The notes under the pieces were generated by a model. That model was not told where the DNA came from and made no database searches. It saw only the letters and a program-made list of their open reading frames with translations. Below, one piece after another: positions 31,788 to 40,726 of a DNA stretch of 64,000 nt (the first letter of the stretch is position 1; each line of letters opens with the position of its first letter). Both the position numbers and the translations under genes were made by a program. Source of the stretch: Chlorobiota bacterium (lineage in GTDB: Bacteria; Bacteroidota; Ignavibacteria; OLB7); contig CP065014.1 of NCBI GenBank assembly GCA_016700335.1, positions 2,309,479 to 2,373,478 of the forward strand. Direction: 5' to 3'.

Positions 31788-33056
31788 TTATTTTTTAACA
31801 ATTTTATCTCTACCACCCATATATGGTCTTAGAACTTCAGGAATAATAATAGTTCCATCCTCAAGTTGAAAATTTTCAATAATTCCTAAAATTGCTCTTG
31901 AAACTGCAATAGCTGTTCCATTTAAAGTATGTACAAATTGTAAATCATTATTTTCATCCCTATATTTTATATTCAATCTTCTTGATTGGTAATCAGTACA
32001 ATTAGAAGTTGAAGTTACTTCTCCAAAATCCCCTCTTGATGGCATCCAAGCTTCAATGTCATATTTTCTATAAGCAGGAGAACCTAAATCTCCAGTAGGA
32101 ATATCTACTACTCTAAAATATAAACCGAGTTCTGAAAATATTTCTTTTTCAATTTCCTTTAACTCTAAATGTGTTTGTTCACTCTCATTTTGATTTGTAA
32201 ATGCAAACATTTCAACTTTACTAAATTGATGAACTCTATACAGACCACGAGATTCAGCTCCACTAGCTCCTGCCTCGGTTCTAAAGCAATGGCTAAACCC
32301 AACATATTTAATTGGCAAATCCTCTTTTCTTAAAATTTTATCCCTTAACATTCCGCCTAGAGTAATTTCTGATGTACCAATCAAACATAAATCTGTATCT
32401 GCAACAGAATATACTTGAGTCTCATCTCCACGAGGGTTAAAGCCAATTGCTTCAAGTATATTTACTCTTGCTAAATCAGGGGTTATTACAGGAGTAAACC
32501 CTTTTGAAACTAATTTGTTCATAGCATAATTTACCAATGCAAGCTCAAGCATTGCTCCATCATTTAACAGATAATAAAATTTTTGACCAGAAACTTCAGC
32601 AGCACTTTCAAAATCAAAAAGTTTCAACTCATTACCCAATGTTAAATGATCTTTTGGTTCAAAAGAAAATTCTGGTTTGATACCGATAACTTCTAAAGTT
32701 TTGCCTTCACCCTCAAGCCCAATTGGAACTTCTGGATGAGTCATATTTGGTATTGATCTAACTAACTGAAAAAGTTCATCATTCAACTGTTTTTCTTCAA
32801 TCTCAAGTTTTGAAATTTCATCTTTTATTAATCTGCCTCTTTCAATTAATTTTCTTCTTTCATCTTCAGTTAACTTCTCTTTCATTTTTTGAGATGCCTC
32901 ATTCCTTTCAGCTCTTAATGCCTCTATATTCTTTAATGATGAATTTCTTTTTGAATAAATTTCAGGAACCAAAAGAGCGTTCGCTTTCATTCCTCTGTTA
33001 TTAATATTCTCTTGAACTAACTGAACGTTATCCCTTATAAACTTTATATCTAACAC
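31788..33056 (-). CDS. serS: Serine--tRNA ligase
   Basis: N-terminal coiled-coil arm and class II aaRS motifs 1-3 (FRxE, TSExxL, GxGxGxxR). Confidence 0.93.
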   Translation of the reverse strand: MLDIKFIRDNVQLVQENINNRGMKANALLVPEIYSKRNSSLKNIEALRAERNEASQKMKEKLTEDERRKLIERGRLIKDEISKLEIEEKQLNDELFQLVRSIPNMTHPEVPIGLEGEGKTLEVIGIKPEFSFEPKDHLTLGNELKLFDFESAAEVSGQKFYYLLNDGAMLELALVNYAMNKLVSKGFTPVITPDLARVNILEAIGFNPRGDETQVYSVADTDLCLIGTSEITLGGMLRDKILRKEDLPIKYVGFSHCFRTEAGASGAESRGLYRVHQFSKVEMFAFTNQNESEQTHLELKEIEKEIFSELGLYFRVVDIPTGDLGSPAYRKYDIEAWMPSRGDFGEVTSTSNCTDYQSRRLNIKYRDENNDLQFVHTLNGTAIAVSRAILGIIENFQLEDGTIIIPEVLRPYMGGRDKIVKK

Positions 33057-33077
33057 AATGTTATTTGTAATTTATTA

Positions 33078-33308
33078 TTGGTTGTATGTAAATTGAAATG
33101 CAAAAGTAATAAATGTGAAACTTTCTTAAACAAAGAAGTTGATGTCAAACTTTTAAACTCTATTTCTGAGGTTGTTTTTTCTGGTAAATTTATTAATTCA
33201 TCTGATGGTTTTTATATTAATGTTTCTAACATTCCTAATGGATTTTATAATGTTGTTATTAAGGTTGGTGATAAAAGAAGCTTTCAAAAATTAATTGTTG
33301 AGCATTAA
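33078..33308 (+). pseudogene. Orphan T9SS C-terminal sorting-domain fragment, a remnant CTD with no cargo domain
   Basis: 76-aa ORF. Residues 12-76 are 98% identical to the CTD of the BNR protein (34234-36444). No signal peptide and no N-terminal domain. Confidence 0.6.
33111..33308. repeat. Direct repeat copy A (198 bp, 2 mismatches to copy B), covering exactly the T9SS CTD coding segment
   Basis: Base-by-base alignment with 36247-36444. Divergence begins right after the stop codon and right before the CTD start. Confidence 0.9.
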
Positions 33309-33522
33309 GTTTTTTTTATTTTTTAATAGAATAATTTTGTTTTTCATACAATTGTTTTTGTTAAGTTTGATATGTAATTAGTTTTGTTTAATTAAACCTA
33401 TTTAAAGAATAAGATATTTAAACAATAAAATTGTAAAAAGAGTAATTAAAATTTATTACAGATAAATTTATTTTGGAGGAAGAGAATTCATTCTCACTTT
33501 AACTCATATTTTATTTCACATT

Positions 33523-34173
33523 ATGTTTAAGCCTAATTCAATTGCCGTTATTGCGTCGCAGACAGCAGACAGCAGACAGCAGACAGCAGACAGCAGACAG
33601 CTTTTTGCAAAATCATTTGCTTTAATCTTTTTTAGCATTATGATGCTTTCTTTCAATTCTTTTTATTCTAGTTCTCTTTGGGCTCAAGCTGCTCCTTGTA
33701 ATTGTCCCCTTGGTTGGGGTTCTGTTACTTTACTTTTCCCTATTACTTGTGCTAATGTTGAAGTCAATGTTTGTTGTTCTCCGCCTGGCACTTTTCCTCC
33801 CCAAGCTTATATTTGCAATGTTACTGCTCCTTTGGGCGTTTGTAATCCGCCTACTCCTTCAATGTTCCAAGAAATTGCTGATGCTATTGTTGATAGAAAT
33901 CCTTGTGGGTTTCCTTGTAATAATATCCCTTCAGACTTTATTGTTACTGGACCTTGTAGAGCTAAAGTTTCAATCCAAAATATTAATGGAGTTTTAAGAA
34001 ATGTTATTGATTGGGCGGCTGATTCATGTTCTGTTGAGCCTTGTTATCATACTTATAAAGTAACATGTGATGATTTTGGGCATATCACTAAATCTAAAAC
34101 TGGACCTGCACATTCCTCCTGTGATAGAATTCCTACATCCCCTGGTCCTGATTGTTATAATGTTTGTAACTAA
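33523..34173 (+). CDS. Cysteine-rich secreted protein of unknown family, with a heptanucleotide tract in its 5' region
   Basis: Hydrophobic signal-like segment after the repeat-encoded QTADSRQ x3. About 20 Cys in the mature ~170 aa. Strong NNT codon bias (Pro almost all CCT, Ala GCT), unlike the flanking housekeeping genes. Confidence 0.55.
   Translation: MFKPNSIAVIASQTADSRQQTADSRQLFAKSFALIFFSIMMLSFNSFYSSSLWAQAAPCNCPLGWGSVTLLFPITCANVEVNVCCSPPGTFPPQAYICNVTAPLGVCNPPTPSMFQEIADAIVDRNPCGFPCNNIPSDFIVTGPCRAKVSIQNINGVLRNVIDWAADSCSVEPCYHTYKVTCDDFGHITKSKTGPAHSSCDRIPTSPGPDCYNVCN
33558..33601. repeat. Heptanucleotide microsatellite (GCAGACA)x6 plus a partial copy
   Basis: Six perfect tandem 7-nt units counted directly in the sequence. 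The unit length is not a multiple of 3. Confidence 0.95.
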
Positions 34174-34181
34174 CATTTTTG

Positions 34182-34220
34182 CCCAACTTGAAATTATTTT
34201 TTCAAGTTGGGTTTAATTTT
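34182..34220 (+). terminator. Rho-independent terminator between the Cys-rich gene and the BNR gene
   Basis: CCCAACTTGAAA-TTATTTT-TTCAAGTTGGG hairpin, then TTTAATTTTT. Confidence 0.55.
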
Positions 34221-34233
34221 TAACTCTAAACTT

Positions 34234-36444
34234 ATGTGTAAATTTTATATTGTTTTTCTATTAATATTTTTATCGTTTCAAAACCTTAAGTCTCAACAAT
34301 TTTGGTCTAAAACTTACAGTACATATTCAAGTTGTACTATTTCTAATGATAATACATATTATATTGTTGGTGATTTTGGTTTTATTATACGTTCAGTGGA
34401 TTATGGTACTAATTGGAATCTGTTAAATTCTTCTACTTCATTGAATTTAAATTCTATTATTTCTTTTTCAAATAATTCTTTGTTTGTTGTTGGTGATCTC
34501 GGTATTATACTTTCTTCCATTGATAAAGGAAATAGTTGGAAAAATATTCCTATTAACTACAAAAATAACTTAACTTCTGTTTGTTCTTTTGATTCATTAA
34601 ACATTCTAATTGTTGGTGATAGTGGATTGATTTTAAAATCAATAGATGGCGGAATTCACTTTGATAAAGTTAATTCCAATTCAAATAGTAAATTGTTCAA
34701 AATTGTAAAATCTAGTAACCATTCAGCAACAATTATTGGCGATAGTGGTACTATTCTTTACACCTCTAACAAAGGTATTTCATGGGAATCTAAGTTTAAT
34801 TATTTATCTGAATATTTATTTGATATAGATTTTTTTAATGAGCAAATTGGGTCTATTTCTAGTTATCGAGGACTTTTAAGAACTAATGATAGTGGTAAAA
34901 GTTGGTACAATTTAACTCAATCCAATAGTTCATTTTATACAATAAGGCATATTACTAGTGATTCATTAATTAAATTTGATAATTTTCTAAAAATTTCAAA
35001 TGATTCTGGGAAGAATTGGAAAAAAACTAATGATGTGGTTAATTTAGATCAATCAATTTATATTACTTCAACTTCAATAAATGATAATAATTGTCTAATG
35101 GTTGGAGCTCTTATTCTAGTATCTTATGATAAATTTAAATCAAATATTGCTATTTCAAAACTACAAGGCAATGGTATTAATGATTTAATAGCTTTTGATG
35201 ATACTAGTTTGTTTATAGGTCGTGATTTAAATAGCTATGGAGATAGAAGTTTTGATATGGGTTTGACTTGGAAAACTACTAATAGAGGGTTTTTTTCTGT
35301 TGATAAATTTATTCAAATCTCTCAAGATTCTGCTTTTGCAGTAAACTATAGTCATGGGATTTTCAAACCTTATGATTTAAGAATTACGGGTGACAGAGGA
35401 AATACTTGGGTTGCAAATGAAACTAATGTTAATCTTCCAACTAATGACAAAAATTCTTACTCAACTTTTAAAAATCTTTCTTTTGTTAATAAGGTTTCTG
35501 GTATTCTTGCAATTGAGATTAGAGGGGACAATTATGGTTATTTACTATATACACGAGATGGTTGTTTGAACTGGGATACTGCTCATGTTGATAACAACCC
35601 TAATAGAGGTTATTGGGGTCTTCTTTTAGTTAATGAAAAGTTAGGCTTTGCTTCTTCTCTTGATTTAATTAAAAATATTGATTCTTCTTTTACTACTACT
35701 AACAGAATTTACAAAACTATTGATGGGGGGATGAATTGGGTTACTATCAAGCAATTTGTTTCAGATTTTAATGATTCTGTTCATTTTAAAAATTTCTTCT
35801 TTAAAGATTCTTTAGATGGCTTTGCTGTCGGGCAGAATGCCAAACTTGGTGCTGTTCTTCATCATACTACTAATGGTGGTATTGATTGGATTACTACGCA
35901 ATTTAAAGGTGTTAATTCTTTAAATAATGTTAAGTTCTTTAATAATAATATCGGTTTTTTATTAGGTTCTCAAGGCAATTTATTTTCTACTTCTGATGGT
36001 GGTATAAACTGGGTTAAGGAGAAACTCTGGTATGAAGATTTAGTCGATTCTTCTTTTAACTTAGAAGATATTTACATTATGCCTAACAGGAAAACTTTGT
36101 TCTTGAAAATGAGAATTGGAGATCGTGCACGCATTTTCAGAAAAACATTAACAAATCAAATTCCAATTAGTTCTGTTAACGAGCATAAATCTTTCAATAT
36201 AATTTCTGATATTTCTCCTAATCCTACTAATGATTTTGTTAATATTAAATGTGAATCTTTCTTAAACAAAGAAGTTGATGTCAAACTTTTAAACTCTATT
36301 TCTGAGGTTGTTTTTTCTGGTAAATTTATTAATTCATCTGATGGTTTTTATATTAATGTTTCTAACATTCCTAATGGATTTTATAATGTTGTTATTAAGG
36401 CTGGTGATAAAAGAAGCTTTCAAAAATTAATTGTTGAGCATTAA
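34234..36444 (+). CDS. BNR/Asp-box repeat (Ycf48/sortilin-like beta-propeller) protein with a T9SS C-terminal sorting domain
   Basis: At least 12 SxDxGxTW-type Asp-box motifs (SVDYGTNW, SIDKGNSW, TNDSGKSW, TIDGGMNW...). C-terminal CTD. Signal peptide starts at the internal ATG at 34234; the ORF track begins at 34207. Confidence 0.75.
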   Translation: MCKFYIVFLLIFLSFQNLKSQQFWSKTYSTYSSCTISNDNTYYIVGDFGFIIRSVDYGTNWNLLNSSTSLNLNSIISFSNNSLFVVGDLGIILSSIDKGNSWKNIPINYKNNLTSVCSFDSLNILIVGDSGLILKSIDGGIHFDKVNSNSNSKLFKIVKSSNHSATIIGDSGTILYTSNKGISWESKFNYLSEYLFDIDFFNEQIGSISSYRGLLRTNDSGKSWYNLTQSNSSFYTIRHITSDSLIKFDNFLKISNDSGKNWKKTNDVVNLDQSIYITSTSINDNNCLMVGALILVSYDKFKSNIAISKLQGNGINDLIAFDDTSLFIGRDLNSYGDRSFDMGLTWKTTNRGFFSVDKFIQISQDSAFAVNYSHGIFKPYDLRITGDRGNTWVANETNVNLPTNDKNSYSTFKNLSFVNKVSGILAIEIRGDNYGYLLYTRDGCLNWDTAHVDNNPNRGYWGLLLVNEKLGFASSLDLIKNIDSSFTTTNRIYKTIDGGMNWVTIKQFVSDFNDSVHFKNFFFKDSLDGFAVGQNAKLGAVLHHTTNGGIDWITTQFKGVNSLNNVKFFNNNIGFLLGSQGNLFSTSDGGINWVKEKLWYEDLVDSSFNLEDIYIMPNRKTLFLKMRIGDRARIFRKTLTNQIPISSVNEHKSFNIISDISPNPTNDFVNIKCESFLNKEVDVKLLNSISEVVFSGKFINSSDGFYINVSNIPNGFYNVVIKAGDKRSFQKLIVEH
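36247..36444. repeat. Direct repeat copy B (partner of 33111-33308)
   Basis: See copy A. Confidence 0.9.
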
Positions 36445-36465
36445 ATAAATCATTCATAAAAAAAC

Positions 36466-36920
36466 TCCCCGAAGCGCATCTATACGCCGAATTCTGTCTT
36501 CATTAATTTCTTAATGGAGGCAGTCATTTATCTTGACTGATAATTGCTTATCAAGTTCTTTGCCGCCTACCCGAATCCGTTTCAATTAATTTAAAAAGAG
36601 AAAGAAACGAAACTCTTTAAGCTATTTAGCTTTCTCAGATTCTGCATGGCGTTGCTCGGTATGGGGTTTGCACTGCCACAAATGATTACTCATTGTGCGG
36701 TGAGCTCTTACCTCACCATTTCACCCTTATCTCAATAAAATTATTTTATCAAGACGGTATATTTTCTGTTGCACTTTCCGTCACCTCTAAAATAATTTTG
36801 CAATTATAAATTGAATGCCCGGCTGTTAGCCGGCATACATTTCTTTTGATATCGAGTTCGGACGTTCCTCCGTAAGTTGTATAAATACAACTCTCCGGCG
36901 ACTGCCCAATGCACTCCGGT
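36466..36920 (-). ncRNA. rnpB: RNase P RNA, bacterial type A, with AT-rich helix expansions
   Basis: Read on the minus strand: GGGCAGUCGCCG, GGAGGAACGUCCGAACUC (P4 5' strand), GGUGACGGAAAGUGCAACAGAAAA, UAAGGGUGAAAUGGUGAGGUAAGAGCUCACC, and 3' ACAGAAUUCGGCGUAU. P1 pairing is GGAGUGCAU with AUGCGCUUC. Position and order match the E. coli M1 RNA consensus. Confidence 0.85.
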
Positions 36921-36940
36921 TTGTTTGATTTATGTAATAT

Positions 36941-36986
36941 AAAAAAGAAACTGCAATCTCTGATAATAAAATATCTGTGATTGCAG
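36941..36986 (-). terminator. Terminator-like hairpin downstream of the anti-sigma gene and just upstream of rnpB
   Basis: CTGCAATC-20nt loop-GATTGCAG followed on the minus strand by UUUCUUUUUU. The large loop lowers confidence. Confidence 0.35.
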
Positions 36987-37081
36987 TTTAAGTTTAATTA
37001 CAATTTTAAAATTAATGACTATAATAAATAAAATATAATAAAAAATTAAAGTACTTAAAAAGATAGTATAAATTAAATAAA

Positions 37082-37543
37082 TTATTTTTTACTTGGTCCT
37101 CCTGTTGAAACTTCTGGTTCAGTTAAATTTTCATGTTTAACTTTTTCATCAATAGGTTGAATATGCTCTGGTGTTTCAAAATAAGGGACTATATTTTCAG
37201 TGTTTTGCATATCAGGTTTAGGTAAAAATTTCTTAACATACTTAAATCTTTTCTGAGATTTTTTTTCCTGAATGGAAGAAACCACAATTACTTCATTTGG
37301 AGTTTTGATATCTGATGACATTAACTTCCAACCAGTAAATGAGCTAATTAAAACTAATCCAGATATTGCAGAAACAAGCCATTTGTTATTGCCTTTAGAT
37401 TTTAGATCTATTGCTGAATTAACAGAATTAAAAATTCTTTCATTCAATCCTGAAGGTAATTGTTTTGATTGAAGACTTGATAAAGAAGTCTTAATTAAAT
37501 CCCAATTTTCAGGAGCATCGCTATTAAACTTATTATTTATCAT
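37082..37543 (-). CDS. Putative anti-sigma factor, single-pass membrane protein
   Basis: Sits immediately downstream of the ECF sigma gene. Central TM segment (WLVSAISGLVLISSF). No catalytic motifs. Confidence 0.4.
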   Translation of the reverse strand: MINNKFNSDAPENWDLIKTSLSSLQSKQLPSGLNERIFNSVNSAIDLKSKGNNKWLVSAISGLVLISSFTGWKLMSSDIKTPNEVIVVSSIQEKKSQKRFKYVKKFLPKPDMQNTENIVPYFETPEHIQPIDEKVKHENLTEPEVSTGGPSKK

Positions 37544-37619
37544 TTAAAAAAATATATATAATTAATTTTAAATAAAACTTAGAAACAAAATCTATAAAAT
37601 TCTAATTTACCTTTAATAA

Positions 37620-38303
37620 TTACTCTTCGTAACCAAATTTAATGAGTGCTTTTTTGAAAGCTTCCCTTGCATCATGAACTCTTTTACGAATAGTTCCTTG
37701 AGGAATTTTCCAACCTAAAATTTCTGCAATTTCATCATTCTCAAAACCTTCAACATCTCTTAAAACAACAATTTCTCGCTGATGATCTGGAATTTTATTA
37801 AGTGCTTTTTCTACAATTGGAGCAGTTAATTTTCCATCAGCAAATACATCTGGAGAAACAAATGTATTTTGTTCAAAATCTAAGTCTTCTAGCATATCAT
37901 TACTCTGATCTTTTTGCGTTAAAGACCTCATAATACTCCTAACATTTCTTCTCCTTATTTCACTTAATGCTTTTCTTCTAGCAATAGTGAAAAGATAAGT
38001 TGAGAATTTATAAGTTAACATATAATCGAATCTATGCTCATACACCCGAATCCAAGTCTCCTGAATAATATCCTCAACTGTTACTGTATCTCGAATAATT
38101 CTATAAATAAAGCTATACAAACGAGAATTGTATAATTCCATAAGCCTCGCTAATGCTTTGCGATCTCCTGACTGCAAAGCTGACATATACCTATTCCCTA
38201 TATCTGTAATATTTGTAGGAGTAACATACCCTACATTATTTTCAGTGGTAAAACCATCTGAATTGAATTTATTCTCCGTAGTTTTTACTTCGGGCATCTT
38301 CAA
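37620..38303 (-). CDS. RNA polymerase sigma-70 family sigma factor (ECF-type)
   Basis: Region 2 (IQETWIRVYEH...) and region 4 HTH (IVVLRDVEGFENDEIAEILGWKIPQGTIRKRVHDAR). Confidence 0.8.
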   Translation of the reverse strand: MKMPEVKTTENKFNSDGFTTENNVGYVTPTNITDIGNRYMSALQSGDRKALARLMELYNSRLYSFIYRIIRDTVTVEDIIQETWIRVYEHRFDYMLTYKFSTYLFTIARRKALSEIRRRNVRSIMRSLTQKDQSNDMLEDLDFEQNTFVSPDVFADGKLTAPIVEKALNKIPDHQREIVVLRDVEGFENDEIAEILGWKIPQGTIRKRVHDAREAFKKALIKFGYEE

Positions 38304-38586
38304 AAAATTAAATATAGAATACTGAATCTAAAGTTTCAGAGATGCAATGAGTTCCACACTCTATAAATATAAACGTTACAAACAAAATTTTTAATTAATT
38401 GTAACAAAAAGAATCTATCTTTTTTTCAAAATTTAATTGCATTGTATCTAATTTAAAAATTTGCAATTTTCTAGTTTAGATTGAAAAAACAAAATCACTT
38501 TTAAATCACTAATTCTAATAACTGATATTTACTTATCTTAGCACTCTTTTTTGTAATGCAAATTTAACTAACAAAAAGTAAATTTT

Positions 38587-39240
38587 ATGTTTGAATATTT
38601 GAGCAATCATCCATTTCTATTGATAATTCTTTTTTTTGTGTTAAGAATAATTTTTTCTAAGAATAAAAACAATGAGAAAATTCAGAAGAACGAAAATCAA
38701 AATTTAAAATTGGATGTTAATGATTTTAAAAAATCAGATTTAACAGATATTAAAAGTAAATCAATTTCGCTTCAAGAGTTGTTAAATCAAAGTTATGCTA
38801 AGTTAGATATAAACACAAAATCTGAAAACAAACTAACAAAAATTAAAGCCCCTTCCAATTATGATTTTAAATCTGTTAGTACTAAGGATTTAAAATTTGA
38901 ATCAGTTATGGATTATGATACACAAGCAATTGATTATGATGTATCTGCCAATGACTATGATGTTACAGGAATTGATTTTGATACTAATAATCAAAATTCT
39001 TTTAAATTTAAAAATCCAATTGATGAGCCAGACTCAATAGCTTATCATGAATCTGATTATGGTTTCCATCAAACAAGTGGTTTTTCTGATTCCGATAAAA
39101 AAAACTTTGCTGATGAAATGAAAGATTATAATAATAAGACTGAAATTGCAAATGATTTGAACTGGATTTATACTAACGAAGGTATTTATAGAGCTATTAT
39201 TATGAATGAAATTTTAGGCAAACCTAAATTCATTTCTTAA
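38587..39240 (+). CDS. Hypothetical protein with an N-terminal TM anchor
   Basis: ORF only; D/Y/N-rich. Confidence 0.35.
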   Translation: MFEYLSNHPFLLIILFFVLRIIFSKNKNNEKIQKNENQNLKLDVNDFKKSDLTDIKSKSISLQELLNQSYAKLDINTKSENKLTKIKAPSNYDFKSVSTKDLKFESVMDYDTQAIDYDVSANDYDVTGIDFDTNNQNSFKFKNPIDEPDSIAYHESDYGFHQTSGFSDSDKKNFADEMKDYNNKTEIANDLNWIYTNEGIYRAIIMNEILGKPKFIS

Positions 39241-39337
39241 CTTGTATGTATAAAATTAATTGACCTTTAACTCAATTTTGAATGATTGTTAGTGACTGAA
39301 AATTGGAACTAACTCTTTTATTACCACTACATTACAG

Positions 39338-40597
39338 ATGTCTTTTACTGATGATATATTAAGAGGTAATCAAAGTTCTATAGGTTTTGATGCTAAAACT
39401 TTTTTTATTACAATTGTGTTAATTACAATTGGTTTGGTTTCAATTTATAGCGCAACTTATGAACCTGGTGGATCCCATATATTTTATTCCCAACTTACTT
39501 TTGCATTTGCTGGCATTGTTTTAATGTTAGTTATTGCTTATTTGCCAGAAGGTGTTTTACAATTTTTTGCTTACCCTTTGTATGGTTTAGGTTTGATTTT
39601 ATTATCTGCAGTAATATTTTTTGGGACAATAAGAAATGGGGCTCGAGGATGGTTTGTTTTTGGACCATTATCTTTTCAACCAGCGGAGATTGTGAAATTC
39701 TTTATATTGATTTCGGCCTCAAGAATTGTGGGTCTTGAAGCAAGAAGCCTAAAAAATTGGAGAGATATGGGTTTGCTTTTATTAATTTTTTTAATACCAA
39801 TTGGTCTAATTTTACTTGAACCAGATTTTGGCTCGGCTTCAGTTTATATGGTAATGATGATTGGTATTGGATTATGGGCTGGTGCAGATTTGTTTCTATT
39901 GTTTACATTAGTAGCACCATTAGCTGTAGCTATTTGTGCACTCATAGGGAATAATGAAATGTATATTTGTTTAGGTGTAATTTTAGTTATTATGGTTGCA
40001 TTTAGAAGATCAATTTGGGTCACAGTAACAGGTTTTTTAATTTCAATTTCATCAGGATTTTCTACTGGTTATATTTACCAAAACATTCTTCTACTTCATC
40101 AACAGAACAGAATTAAAACTTTTCTAAATCCAAATTTAGATCCTAAAGGTGCTGGTTATCATGTGCTTCAATCTTTGTTAGCTGTTGGATCTGGAGGACT
40201 GACTGGAAAAGGATTTTTGAAAGGTACTCAAACTCAGTTAAGATATATTCCCGAACAATGGACTGATTTTATTTTTTGTGTTCCTACTGAAGAGTTTGGC
40301 TTAATTGGTGGTGTTGCAGTATTATTATTGTTAGGGACTTTAATTTATTTTGCTATTAATACTGCTCGTAATTTAAGGAATAGATTTGCTTCAACAATTT
40401 GCGTTGGTATAGCAACAATTTTTTTGTATCACACTTGCATTAATATTGGAATGGCAATTGGATTAGTACCTGTTATGGGCATTCCACTCCCTTTTTTATC
40501 AAAAGGTGGTTCGTCTTTAATGTTAAATATGTCTATGGTAGGTTTGTTGATGAATTTTTATAGATTAAGAACTGATGTTAGAAAAATAGATTTATAG
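39338..40597 (+). CDS. FtsW/RodA/SpoVE (SEDS) family peptidoglycan glycosyltransferase
   Basis: Ten-TM topology and SEDS-conserved motifs (PAEIVKF, ...GIPLPFLSKGGSS). Confidence 0.85.
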   Translation: MSFTDDILRGNQSSIGFDAKTFFITIVLITIGLVSIYSATYEPGGSHIFYSQLTFAFAGIVLMLVIAYLPEGVLQFFAYPLYGLGLILLSAVIFFGTIRNGARGWFVFGPLSFQPAEIVKFFILISASRIVGLEARSLKNWRDMGLLLLIFLIPIGLILLEPDFGSASVYMVMMIGIGLWAGADLFLLFTLVAPLAVAICALIGNNEMYICLGVILVIMVAFRRSIWVTVTGFLISISSGFSTGYIYQNILLLHQQNRIKTFLNPNLDPKGAGYHVLQSLLAVGSGGLTGKGFLKGTQTQLRYIPEQWTDFIFCVPTEEFGLIGGVAVLLLLGTLIYFAINTARNLRNRFASTICVGIATIFLYHTCINIGMAIGLVPVMGIPLPFLSKGGSSLMLNMSMVGLLMNFYRLRTDVRKIDL

Positions 40598-40726
40598 ATT
40601 TATAGATTTATAGTTTTAAATTTTAAATTTTATCTAACAACATTCTTTTTTTTTGTAATTCATATTCAAACCATCCCTTTAAAATTCTTTGTATTTTTTT
40701 ATTAATAATCAGCAATTATATAACAT

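Noticed and set aside
33558-33601. Heptanucleotide repeat considered as a mini CRISPR array
   Set aside because: The unit is 7 nt with no spacers and no cas genes. It is a microsatellite, not a CRISPR array. No CRISPR-like repeat-spacer array was seen anywhere in the window.
33710-33997. 95-aa ORF in an alternative frame inside the Cys-rich protein gene
   Set aside because: Leu/Phe-rich artefact of the T-biased codon frame. The Cys-rich frame has the signal peptide and stays open over the full length.
36941-36986. Hairpin upstream of rnpB considered as part of the RNase P RNA
   Set aside because: It lies outside the P1 pairing (GGAGUGCAU/AUGCGCUUC) that closes the RNA. It is more likely the terminator of the upstream minus-strand anti-sigma gene.
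40594-40640. TAGATTTAT x3 and TTTTAAA microrepeats at the 3' end of the FtsW/RodA gene
   Set aside because: Trivial low-complexity AT repeats of under 30 nt. No functional implication supported.
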